A stretch of DNA of 32,835 nt from a virus. Lineage: Duplodnaviria > Caudoviricetes. Below, piece by piece: positions 10,401-18,086 of the stretch; position 1 is the first letter of the stretch, and the number at the start of each line of letters is the position of its first letter. A program made the position numbers and the translations under genes. The stretch covers positions 1 through 32,835 of the IMG/VR virus record IMGVR_UViG_3300032373_000077. One strand, given 5' to 3'. The notes under the pieces are model-generated. The model searched no databases and had not been told where the DNA came from. It saw only the letters and a program-made list of their open reading frames with translations.

Positions 10401-12663
10401 CAAAATAATTGCCAGACTCTGCATCTTTAGTAAAACCATAATCTTCTAGTAAACTTGTATCTACACTTGCAAAGCTTCCACTATCTCCTAAAAATGAGCT
10501 ACTGATTTGTTTTGCGAAAGGACTATAAATATCTTGACCTACATCACTAAATGTTGATTTTAGAAATGATTTGAAATCTGTGAATTTACCTGTAAGTGCA
10601 TCAAAAACATTATTCTCAAAACTATCACCAATTGAAGTAGTAATATTTTCGAAAATAGATATAACTTCATTAGCTTCATCTCTTGCAACTTTTGAAATTT
10701 CGAAGTACTCTTTTTTGCGTAACTCTAATATTTTTTCTTGTTCATCTTCTCTTAATGCACTAAACTCAGTCAATATTTCTTCGCGCTCATAAGCCCAAGC
10801 TTTATCTAAACCTCCAATCTCTTCATAGTACTTTTTCCATTGCTCTTTGGCATCTTTTTGCTCTTTTTTATGTTCATCTGCAATTCGTTTAATAAGAGTT
10901 TCTTGTTTGGGGTCTAAAATATCTTCAAATTGAATGTCCTTTTTTGTAATGCTCTGTAGAGTCTCTTTTATTTTTGTTGTTGAGGCTTCTATTTTGCTAG
11001 AGCTAGAGACAATCATTTTATCTAGTTTAGAACTGATTGTAGCTATCTCTTTTTCAACTTCTTTTAGCTCATTAATATTGCCTTGTTTAAATAGCCAACT
11101 ACCGTTATCTATTTTATCTTGAAGTTCGTAATACTCTTTTGCTAACTCTATAGCTCTTTCATTTAATCCATTAAGGCTATTTGCTTTGTTTCTTGTCTCC
11201 TCTAGGCTATCACCATAAGCATCAATTGCAATTACTCCAGCTACAGCAGCTGAAGCAATAAGACCTATTGGATTTGATTTAACAGCAAGATTAAAAGCTT
11301 TTTGAAGAGTAGTAGCACTTTTAATAGTTTGACCATATTTGCCTATTTTTACAGCAGATAAGGCAGTAGCTGCAGTGTATGCTTTTGTTGCAGCAGTTGA
11401 AGCAATGATTACTCCTTTATATGCTGCAAAAGAAACTGCACCTTTACCAAGAAATTCAGCTGTGTTAATAATTACATCAATATTTTCTCTGCCCCAATGT
11501 GCAGTTTCACCAAGAAGCATACTCGCATCAAGAAGTGCAGGTTTTAACTCAGTTCCAAGAGCTTTAGCAAACAGTTTAAGTTCAGATGAGGCTTTTGTTT
11601 GCTCCATACTAAGAGCTTTAGATGCAGTCTCATACTCTAGTTGTATTGAAGTTCCTAGTTTTGCTTCATCGTTTGCGATTTTTAAACTTTTTGCAAGTGT
11701 ATCAGTTGAGCCTGCCATTTTTAAAAGAACAGAAGAACTCTCAACGCCATCAAGCTGTAACTTTCGTAAAAACTCTACTTGAGATGAAGAGTTCAGACTT
11801 TGCATATGATTAAAAAATTGTTGTAGGGCTTTAATAGGTTCGTTTTGCATTGTAAGTGCAAACTGTTCAAAGTCTGCACCCATAGCTTCAGCAAAATCTT
11901 TTGTGTCAGCACTCATCTTCATTAAGAGACGATTAATTGCACTACCACCAACCTCGAAGTTGTTACCAGTCTCATTTAGTATTGCACCTAGTGCTAGTAT
12001 TTCAGCACTTGTAAGTCCTACAAGTTTACCAGCTCCAGCAAGACGTAAGGTGAACATAGAAAGGTTCTGTACATTAGCATTTGTATTGTTGCTTAATTCG
12101 TTAAAAATACTTGCGAGGGTTTCGATATTATCAATTGGTTCATCGAGTGTTTTCGAAAGCTTCGCAAATGTTTTTCCAGCTTCATCAGCGCTCATCTCTG
12201 ATGTGATTTCAATCTTAGCAATAGTTTCAGTGAACTTTGTTAAATCATCTACACCTTTAATTCCAAGCTGTCCAGCAGCTTCAGCAATTGTGTATAGATT
12301 TTCAACCTCAAATCCTGACATTGCCGTTGACATATCATCAAGCTTGGTAATCAACTTGTCAAACTCAACTGCCATTAAACCAGTTGTTTTTTCAACTCCA
12401 ATCTCAGCATCTTCTAATGTTTTAAATGTGCTTATTGTGTTGTTAGTACCTTGCGCTATCTCATTAAAGATTAAAGCACTTGCTGCAATATGACCCATTT
12501 TTGCAAATCTATTAGTTAGATTATCAACACTATTGCCTAATGAGTTTGTATGGCGTTCTGTTTGATTTATGGTGCTATTGAAATGCTTGAACTCATTTTG
12601 AGTTTTTGCAAGTGCAGCTGTTCTAGCTTTTATATCGATATGAAGCTGAAGACTTTTTTCCAT
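7417..12663 (-). CDS. Tail tape measure protein (TP901-family core)
   Basis: 1748 aa; VEKTTG...AEAAGQLGI...GGSAINR core; Gly-rich hydrophobic middle; C-terminal GYTGDG...AGSVHKKEYV motif; follows the frameshifting chaperone. Confidence 0.93.
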   Translation of the reverse strand: MEKSLQLHIDIKARTAALAKTQNEFKHFNSTINQTERHTNSLGNSVDNLTNRFAKMGHIAASALIFNEIAQGTNNTISTFKTLEDAEIGVEKTTGLMAVEFDKLITKLDDMSTAMSGFEVENLYTIAEAAGQLGIKGVDDLTKFTETIAKIEITSEMSADEAGKTFAKLSKTLDEPIDNIETLASIFNELSNNTNANVQNLSMFTLRLAGAGKLVGLTSAEILALGAILNETGNNFEVGGSAINRLLMKMSADTKDFAEAMGADFEQFALTMQNEPIKALQQFFNHMQSLNSSSQVEFLRKLQLDGVESSSVLLKMAGSTDTLAKSLKIANDEAKLGTSIQLEYETASKALSMEQTKASSELKLFAKALGTELKPALLDASMLLGETAHWGRENIDVIINTAEFLGKGAVSFAAYKGVIIASTAATKAYTAATALSAVKIGKYGQTIKSATTLQKAFNLAVKSNPIGLIASAAVAGVIAIDAYGDSLEETRNKANSLNGLNERAIELAKEYYELQDKIDNGSWLFKQGNINELKEVEKEIATISSKLDKMIVSSSSKIEASTTKIKETLQSITKKDIQFEDILDPKQETLIKRIADEHKKEQKDAKEQWKKYYEEIGGLDKAWAYEREEILTEFSALREDEQEKILELRKKEYFEISKVARDEANEVISIFENITTSIGDSFENNVFDALTGKFTDFKSFLKSTFSDVGQDIYSPFAKQISSSFLGDSGSFASVDTSLLEDYGFTKDAESGNYFGNGTNEGVVVDSGGQVLQGAAQLSGNSNLSSALNYVSGIKSAYGLFTDGISNTIVTGFNTVANSLGSTGLLSSQGIVNIQGFGYGFANPTAYANGGATGAIQAGQSVSSGLIGGITGYGVGELGDKLLGADTYASITGAIGGGLALGALGLTNPVGWALLGVSALLGGMFGKTKQVGSGFNLQSSASYGDVSDIQGYSSFEKNSWFNDKSWTNVNALSSQEKSQIDALFGTYEYLLDTLTDNKDIVVQAGMYSGTTLLDTALPKAFIQSFTELSNIPTTIGDSELDKVYDIWGEYAKSIDSTVIKALTESVNSFITAQNGWERTNAQISGEDILDYDINVAKKQATDLTSIYGSTLPQIDGLQTALSNLDFRAFTELTNDLAKANFTDANLKTITAIGDSYEKLATLEDQRAKQLKQEEEQKSADLIAYSTAVSSNFSQILDPGTLYIDGNKWVDIATSASWAFKVGEDGIRSTAKSIQDTLINNPELDKSGDILKSTTTFLNAAITSLNNFKNALGSLSSSVQSSIDSLTSKTFKYSDIKNISSNLSHSSNETFLADASGMQNDIMKWYQGTTELKGIYDGLSVNNKSYTKKDLDSQLAVIKSGKDIKKEITTFNTMLDSYKSTLDVQTNIVANIESVTNSLHDSVISMSLDDSISYLSHQDRASIALSEYKTAFTGLQSAMISGNSNDTSLYLSRVTENSKAYLSNLKEYSGASKYQFEFARISAQLKGVDGLEGAQKTQEELTAETNRYMSDIQAAILSYDPTIAKSTEELASIAKDELLGLQNLINQKSFDPTINVSPVIYVNGVRTEATVQSNNVAIAPSTSSTYSGASYSDLIAGKTSDDLTPTFASQLRVAALAENNTAGYAIVDDWLKNEGFRTAGYTGDGDPYSIAGSVHKKEYVIGADQVSDPINRDILARLEAQRKGQKGNSLNLGSSQKAQGLEEQNELLKEQNSMLKEQNEMMYEVLKTDKEMLDLFEKWNVRGLLVKVAS

Positions 12664-12677
12664 GCTATAATCTCACT

Positions 12678-12764
12678 ATGTTTTCATTTATCGCAAATTC
12701 AATATTTACGGCTATCGTCTGGTTCTTAGGAGCGTTTGGCCTGTTTATGCTCATTTTTGACTAA
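12678..12764 (+). CDS. 28-aa single-TM peptide (moron), probably leaderless
   Basis: MFSFIANSIFTAIVWFLGAFGLFMLIFD*. Extended -10 TGCTATAAT at 12663-12671 ends 6 nt before the ATG and there is no RBS. It fills the gap between the chaperone and tape measure genes on the opposite strand. Confidence 0.6.
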   Translation: MFSFIANSIFTAIVWFLGAFGLFMLIFD

Positions 12765-13018
12765 TCTTCATCTTTTCTAAAGACTTCTGATGTAACATGT
12801 TTTACATGACCAAACATTTCAATTGAACCAGTTTGTATTTCATACTGCTTACAGTAATCTTTTACAACCTTATAACTAGCTTGAACGCCAAATCCATTAT
12901 TCGCTGATGAAAGATTTACTACATCAGCTAGAGCATATTCCCATGCTCCCTTTAACTCATATACAAATACACCGTTATCCTCATTTACAGTTTGTAAATA
13001 GAGAATAACATTGGCTAC
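12761..13018 (-). CDS. Tail assembly chaperone, frameshifted extension (lambda gpGT-like)
   Basis: The -1 frame after GAA AAA AAG TAG is open for ~85 codons (VANVILYLQTVNEDNG...EVFRKDED*) with no start codon near its 5' end. Confidence 0.85.
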   Translation of the reverse strand, partial: VANVILYLQTVNEDNGVFVYELKGAWEYALADVVNLSSANNGFGVQASYKVVKDYCKQYEIQTGSIEMFGHVKHVTSEVFRKDED

Positions 13019-13515
13019 TTTTTTTCTTTAGACTCTTTAATTAGTGGCTCTAATACACTAAATATTTCTGTAAAAGTAAGAACTTTCTTTTTAACAAGCT
13101 CTTTTAAATCAGCTGAGTTTACACCACTAACTAAAAGCTCAAACCTTTTTGTGTGATACTTCTCTAATGCTTCTTTAGCACTAGGAGCATTTTTAGCAGC
13201 ACTTGTGATTGCCTCACGACCTGTTTCAAGTTTTTTCAGGTATCCACGATTTTCAACCAATAGCTCAGTTCGTGCAATGCCTTGCTCTTTTAGCTCATCA
13301 TCATTTAATTCAAGAAGAGCCTGATTATTTACAAATGCTCTATCACTTGCTTGAAACTCACCTTGAATATTAATGAGTTTTGCCATTGCTGTTTGAGAAT
13401 CATTTCTGACTTTATCAAGACTGACTTGTTGAGCCTGATTTGCTTCTGTATAAATAATGCTGTAATTTTTACCATTAAGCTCTGGGTTTAGTTCATGTAT
13501 TAATTTTACACTCAT
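13015..13515 (-). CDS. Tail assembly chaperone (lambda gpG-like)
   Basis: Between the tail tube and tape measure genes; ends in the slippery heptamer A AAA AAG (13018-13024) just before the stop. Confidence 0.85.
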   Translation of the reverse strand: MSVKLIHELNPELNGKNYSIIYTEANQAQQVSLDKVRNDSQTAMAKLINIQGEFQASDRAFVNNQALLELNDDELKEQGIARTELLVENRGYLKKLETGREAITSAAKNAPSAKEALEKYHTKRFELLVSGVNSADLKELVKKKVLTFTEIFSVLEPLIKESKEKK

Positions 13516-13517
13516 AA

Positions 13518-14081
13518 CTATTTAGCCATCAAGTACTCTTTGAAGTACCCGTCCGTATCATGTTTTAAAACTTTGCCCTCAAAGCTAAGTTGACCAAAAT
13601 CTTTAGAGATATATGCAATATCACCTGTACTGCTAACTGCAGCAATTGGAATTACAAGAACTGGCATTTTGTCTCCAACAGCTTGGTTAGACATAAATGT
13701 TAAACGACCTTTTAAAAGTGGTTTATCAGCACCTGTAACTACAGGAACAATCGTCTCAACTGCTGCAACTGTACCATCTGGCAAAGTAGCACCAATTGCA
13801 AAAGTCTCAGTTGCTGCAGTTCCATAAAGTGCCATCGCCATATTTGGAGTATCAAAGTTATTAGTTTTGAAACTAAGTGTTGCTTTCATGTCAGTAACTG
13901 CTGTGTCACTTACAACTGGAATTGCACCATCATGATTCATAGCATCTGTTGTACTTGCATCAACTTTAAAGTTAACATCACTACACTCACCAATTTCACG
14001 TTTAACGTCATATAAACCAGTTGATAGAAGCTCTTCAAACCAAAATGTTCCACCACCAACTCTTCTTTTAATAGCAGCCAT
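13518..14081 (-). CDS. Major tail (tube) protein
   Basis: 187-aa beta-rich ORF (IGECSDVNF, LSFEGKVL) directly upstream of the chaperone and tape measure; no sheath gene present. Confidence 0.8.
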   Translation of the reverse strand: MAAIKRRVGGGTFWFEELLSTGLYDVKREIGECSDVNFKVDASTTDAMNHDGAIPVVSDTAVTDMKATLSFKTNNFDTPNMAMALYGTAATETFAIGATLPDGTVAAVETIVPVVTGADKPLLKGRLTFMSNQAVGDKMPVLVIPIAAVSSTGDIAYISKDFGQLSFEGKVLKHDTDGYFKEYLMAK

Positions 14082-14257
14082 TATTTTTTCTCCGTTTTAG
14101 TTTCAGTTGTAGCTTGTGGCTTAATTGCCCCAGCTTCAGTTAATGCATCAATTGTTTTTTGCTCTGTAAGTTCAATTGTTTCACCTACTTTATGGCGTTT
14201 AGAACCAGAACCTCGAAGTTCTTTTAACACTTCGTATTTAGTTGCTTGAGTTGCCAT
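14081..14257 (-). CDS. Small phage protein, 58 aa (not in the ORF track)
   Basis: AAAGGAG RBS; MATQATKYEVLKELRGSGSKRHKVGETIELTEQKTIDALTEAGAI...; its stop overlaps the tail tube ATG. The KVGETIEL..L...GAI pattern recalls small structural-region proteins. Confidence 0.75.
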   Translation of the reverse strand: MATQATKYEVLKELRGSGSKRHKVGETIELTEQKTIDALTEAGAIKPQATTETKTEKK

Positions 14258-14507
14258 CTTTTTCTCCTTTTAATCTGTTTGACACATAAACATGTCCAAA
14301 TTTTTTACTAATTGCTATAAGCTCAGATTTATTTATATCTCCAGCTCTGTGACGGGCATATGCATCTTTTAATTCAGGACGCATTTGTGCATAACTTTTA
14401 ACAGTACTTATGCCAATTGCTTTTGCCTGCTCCTTTTCCTCTTCAGTACATGCTGTCAAAATAGCTACAAGTACCAATGCCATTAACGTTAAGATAAACT
14501 TTTTCAT
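14238..14507 (-). CDS. Lipoprotein, possible o-spanin
   Basis: MKKFILTLMALVLVAILTAC signal II with lipobox LTAC; lies in the putative lysis block. Confidence 0.65.
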   Translation of the reverse strand: MKKFILTLMALVLVAILTACTEEEKEQAKAIGISTVKSYAQMRPELKDAYARHRAGDINKSELIAISKKFGHVYVSNRLKGEKDGNSSN

Positions 14508-14902
14508 TAGAATTTTTCTCCATTTCGAAAATTAAAAAAACCAGCACCGTGACGGCGCACCTCAATGTAATAAATCCAAGCAATCACTTTAAGCCACATC
14601 TTTCTAAATCTATTTTTAGAAGATGTTTTAATTGCAGACTTCATATCTTCATAGAAAGCCTTATCAGCCTCTTTACGTCTTTTTTTGCTACCACCATAAA
14701 AGTACTTACAGTCATGCTCGTTGCAAGCTTTTACAAAAACAAAATTAGGTGGATTGATTAAAGAGCTTTTTCCACCACATCCATTTGCCATAAGCATTTG
14801 AGCAAATTTGCTGTGTTGTCTGTATGGTTTGTATGGTGCTTTTAAAATTTTGCGCATTAAAAAATCTATATCTTCCTGAGATACTTCATCTAAATCAACC
14901 AT
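14507..14902 (-). CDS. Phospholipase A2-like / DUF1353-like protein
   Basis: ANGCGG...ACNEHDCKY...ADKAF...YIEVR pattern, matching the CxxHDxxY motif of prokaryotic/viral PLA2-fold proteins. Confidence 0.65.
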   Translation of the reverse strand: MVDLDEVSQEDIDFLMRKILKAPYKPYRQHSKFAQMLMANGCGGKSSLINPPNFVFVKACNEHDCKYFYGGSKKRRKEADKAFYEDMKSAIKTSSKNRFRKMWLKVIAWIYYIEVRRHGAGFFNFRNGEKF

Positions 14903-15223
14903 CTATTTCCTCTTTCTCTCAATATGAACGAGAATTTTTTCAAGAGCACTGTCAATACGTTTCATTCGGTCGTCAAAATTTTTAAGTTGTGCGACAAACA
15001 ACTCTTTAGATACATACTTAGTATCTGCCATATCTCTACGAAGTCTTTCAGTTACAGCTTGTCTGATAACACGAATATCAGTTACGCATTTTTCAATAGA
15101 CTCTTTATTTTCTGCATTTGCCTCATTGTTATGTTCTACCTGTTTTTGAAGTGCTCCAAAAACAATTCCAAGTAAAACTAACCCAGCAATTGCTTGCCAG
15201 TACTGCTCAATAAATTTACCCAT
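14903..15223 (-). CDS. Single-TM coiled-coil protein, holin or i-spanin candidate
   Basis: N-terminal TM (WQAIAGLVLLGIVFGAL) followed by a coiled coil; the ATG at 15223 overlaps the upstream stop. Confidence 0.55.
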   Translation of the reverse strand: MGKFIEQYWQAIAGLVLLGIVFGALQKQVEHNNEANAENKESIEKCVTDIRVIRQAVTERLRRDMADTKYVSKELFVAQLKNFDDRMKRIDSALEKILVHIERKRK

Positions 15224-15519
15224 CAAGCTAGTCCAATTTCTACTTCAACCAAAAGATACTCTTCTGGTGTGCGCTCTTCAAGCCTTGGTTCACTACCTAT
15301 GACTTTTAAATTATGCTCAGCTTCTGTAAGCATTAAGAAACGATAAATTTCTTCATTCTTAACATCACCGTATGGTAAGACTAAAGCGAATGTTATCTTC
15401 CAGCTCATGTCACTTGCACGTTTTCTGCGATGTTGGACAATTTTAAAATTATTTGAGTGTGCCGAGACTAACTCATTAAGTTTTGTCTTTACATCATTTT
15501 CATTTATGTACACGCCCAT
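15223..15519 (-). CDS. Putative tail terminator / head-tail joining protein
   Basis: 98-aa ORF in the neck position after the capsid and connector genes; assignment by synteny only. Confidence 0.45.
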   Translation of the reverse strand: MGVYINENDVKTKLNELVSAHSNNFKIVQHRRKRASDMSWKITFALVLPYGDVKNEEIYRFLMLTEAEHNLKVIGSEPRLEERTPEEYLLVEVEIGLA

Positions 15520-15836
15520 GCCATCTCCTCATTTCCTGTTGTATCACTTGGCATTGCTTCGTTTGAACGTTTCAAACAGTAATCTTGAAACGTCTCTAAA
15601 TCTTTGAAAGTATCCAGACTCTCATCCATCTCATTCACTCTTCTTTGCGTTAAAAGCCAAAGCTGAGGAGAGAGATAATAAATTGTTTTCCAGCCTACAG
15701 CTTCAAGCTCTTGAGTTGCTGATGTAAATACAACACCTTCTGTATCAAGATGAGCACGATTTAAATGTGGCTCAATTTGAGGATCAGTTAGTCCATCTAA
15801 CAAAAGAAGTGTACGAACACCTGCAACTTCAATCAT
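15504..15836 (-). CDS. Putative head-tail connector (adaptor)
   Basis: 110-aa helical ORF immediately after the capsid gene. Confidence 0.55.
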   Translation of the reverse strand: MIEVAGVRTLLLLDGLTDPQIEPHLNRAHLDTEGVVFTSATQELEAVGWKTIYYLSPQLWLLTQRRVNEMDESLDTFKDLETFQDYCLKRSNEAMPSDTTGNEEMAWACT

Positions 15837-15837
15837 C

Positions 15838-17109
15838 TTAAGAAACCGTTACCGCAATATCTTTAATGCTAATACCATCAGTTACACTCACTATAGTTGA
15901 ACCAGCACTTACACCTGTAACACTTACAACACCAGTTGTAGTGTTATATGTAACTGTTGCAATTGCCTCGCTTACTGAACTTACTGTTACAGAAGCAATT
16001 CCTCCCTCAGCTTGAGTAACTGTTCTAGTTGAAGTTGCGGTTCCTGTAATTGAAACTGAATAAGAAGTAATAACTAAGGCTAATGCTTCTTTAGAATAAA
16101 CAACATATTTAGGAACTGCTATATCATAATCATTAAACATCCCAAATGTATACTCAACCGCACGTTTGCGAGGAATCCATTGACGGTCACGACTCATTTG
16201 TCCAGCTACACCCATAACAAGATTTTTAAGTGGAGTTAGCATAAAAATACCACGTGGCATTTTGTTGTTTATCTCAAATGAATGTCCACCATGACCTTTC
16301 GCAGCAGCTTCCATAATTAGTGCGGCGTTATTTGTTGACGCTCCAACTTCAGTTGCATAAGATAAGACATCTTTCCCATGAATTAAAATAACTGCATTCT
16401 CAGGCATATCATCATCTGAAGCTTCTATTAAACGATTTAATTTTTCAACCATTGTATCGTCGGGTGAATAGACGGATTTAGATGTTGCGCTCTCAGTTGA
16501 GGCTAAATGTACCCAGCCTTTATTAAGTTCATTGAAATTTGAATTTGCATAATCATCAGCAATACCCTCAAATCCAAGTTTTACTAATTCATTACCAAAT
16601 TTAGTAGAGAAACGAGCATCTACAAAGCCTGTAAAGTCTGGTCGCCATTGATTACTTATAATCGCACTTTTTAATAAGTCCGCATACAGTTGAACAGCTT
16701 TAGCGTCAAGAGTGCGCCCTCTATTTTCAATAATTGCTTTCTGAGCTTCACTAGGTAAACTACCCTCAGGAACTCTTACAAGTATCCCACTTGCCATATC
16801 CCAAACATCATATTCACCAGTAAGTGAGTCCATGTTAACCACGGTAATTTTATTTAGGAAGTCGTTTTGAGATTGAATTAAATCAATCATAATTGCAGCA
16901 CGACGAGGTGTTACTGTACTATTTACTGCAAGTTGCTCAGATGTAATAGCACCTTTTACGAACTTAATTAAATCATTTTCACTATCACTATTTTCACCCT
17001 CATCACCATGAAGCTCTTTTACCATTTTCTCCATATCATTAACAGAAAACTCACCACTAGCAATTGCACCACCAGCTGCTAAACTTAAAAATTTCAACAT
17101 ATCTTTCAT
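15838..17109 (-). CDS. Major capsid protein, P2-family-like, with C-terminal Ig-like domain
   Basis: FLNKITVV, KLGFEG...LNKGW and MLTPLKNL motifs typical of P2/PBSX XkdG-type capsids; the last ~80 aa are Thr/Val/Ser-rich (IATV...VSVTGVSAGSTIVSVTDG), Big_2-like. Confidence 0.85.
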   Translation of the reverse strand: MKDMLKFLSLAAGGAIASGEFSVNDMEKMVKELHGDEGENSDSENDLIKFVKGAITSEQLAVNSTVTPRRAAIMIDLIQSQNDFLNKITVVNMDSLTGEYDVWDMASGILVRVPEGSLPSEAQKAIIENRGRTLDAKAVQLYADLLKSAIISNQWRPDFTGFVDARFSTKFGNELVKLGFEGIADDYANSNFNELNKGWVHLASTESATSKSVYSPDDTMVEKLNRLIEASDDDMPENAVILIHGKDVLSYATEVGASTNNAALIMEAAAKGHGGHSFEINNKMPRGIFMLTPLKNLVMGVAGQMSRDRQWIPRKRAVEYTFGMFNDYDIAVPKYVVYSKEALALVITSYSVSITGTATSTRTVTQAEGGIASVTVSSVSEAIATVTYNTTTGVVSVTGVSAGSTIVSVTDGISIKDIAVTVS

Positions 17110-17948
17110 TATGCGAATACTCCCTCATCTTGTTTTTTTACACCTTTTTTAGATGCAGGTGTTTCATCTTGACTTGATTTTTTAAGACTCTCTTCTAAGT
17201 CACTTACACGTTTTTCCAATGTCTCTTTTTCTTCTTTTAAAGAAGCGTTTTGTTTAACAAGCTCACTGTTTTGAGCTGTAACAACTTGAATGTTTTTTTG
17301 TAGAGGTTCTAATGTAGATTTAATAGCCTCAAGTGATTTTTCAAACTCCTTTGAACTTTTAATCTCAGCACCTCCTTGTGACTGCTTTTTAAAACCTGCA
17401 CCCATCTCTTTTAATGTGCTAAGAATGCTCTCAGTCATTTTCTCAAAAGATGAACTTTCATCTCCACTTTTCTTAACTTCTGTTTTTTGAGCAGAACCTG
17501 CCATGCTTAAACCAGCAATTTCACCACTTGCTACATCTTTTTTAAGGCTTTCACTCTCAAGCTTGATAGCAACAGCCCAAGTTCCAATTGGTTCATCTGG
17601 AAATAATGCATCACCATCTTTAATAAGCCAACTCTCTGCAACAAAAGCATCTTCATTTTTAAAGCTATGATTTTTATCTACGTTTAAACCGTTAAGTTGT
17701 TTCATAAAGTTATAAGCTGCTTTTTCAATGTCTTCTGCTTTAGCAAAATCACCTTGACTATCTACTTTGTCAGGCGCATAAACTACACCGTAGACAATTC
17801 CTTTTTTCTCATCGAATTTTATGAGCTTCACTTCTTTTGTGTGAGTAGGTGCACCTTCTGCAGATTTATAAATAATCTCTGCTCCGTTCGCACCTGCTTT
17901 CACTAAAGAGATGTGAGTAACTATAATTTTCTCTAGCTGTTTTGGCAT
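17109..17948 (-). CDS. XkdF-like prohead protease / scaffold
   Basis: ISLVKAGAN, VYGVVYAPDKVDSQGD, DKNH, ESW, GTW and GLSMAG motifs; C-terminal coiled-coil scaffold. Confidence 0.88.
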   Translation of the reverse strand: MPKQLEKIIVTHISLVKAGANGAEIIYKSAEGAPTHTKEVKLIKFDEKKGIVYGVVYAPDKVDSQGDFAKAEDIEKAAYNFMKQLNGLNVDKNHSFKNEDAFVAESWLIKDGDALFPDEPIGTWAVAIKLESESLKKDVASGEIAGLSMAGSAQKTEVKKSGDESSSFEKMTESILSTLKEMGAGFKKQSQGGAEIKSSKEFEKSLEAIKSTLEPLQKNIQVVTAQNSELVKQNASLKEEKETLEKRVSDLEESLKKSSQDETPASKKGVKKQDEGVFA

Positions 17949-18086
17949 CAGTTCCCTTTCGTTTTTGATGCTGTCATTGTAGAACTTTACGCACGATAGA
18001 CCACTACAGATACGTTTTATTTGGATAAAGATTGAAAAAACTTTTACTAAACTTCATTAATCAAAATTTATAGTTGAAAGCTGATA

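Noticed and set aside
3096-12493. Numerous + strand ORFs within the tail genes (e.g. 6125..6484, 11339..11782, 11903..12493) and nested 9750..9962
   Set aside because: Shadow ORFs overlapping well-supported genes, with no recognisable motifs.
13518-15836. Contractile tail, tailocin or gene transfer agent
   Set aside because: No sheath or baseplate wedge genes, and the element has its own transposase, repressor and defined ends.
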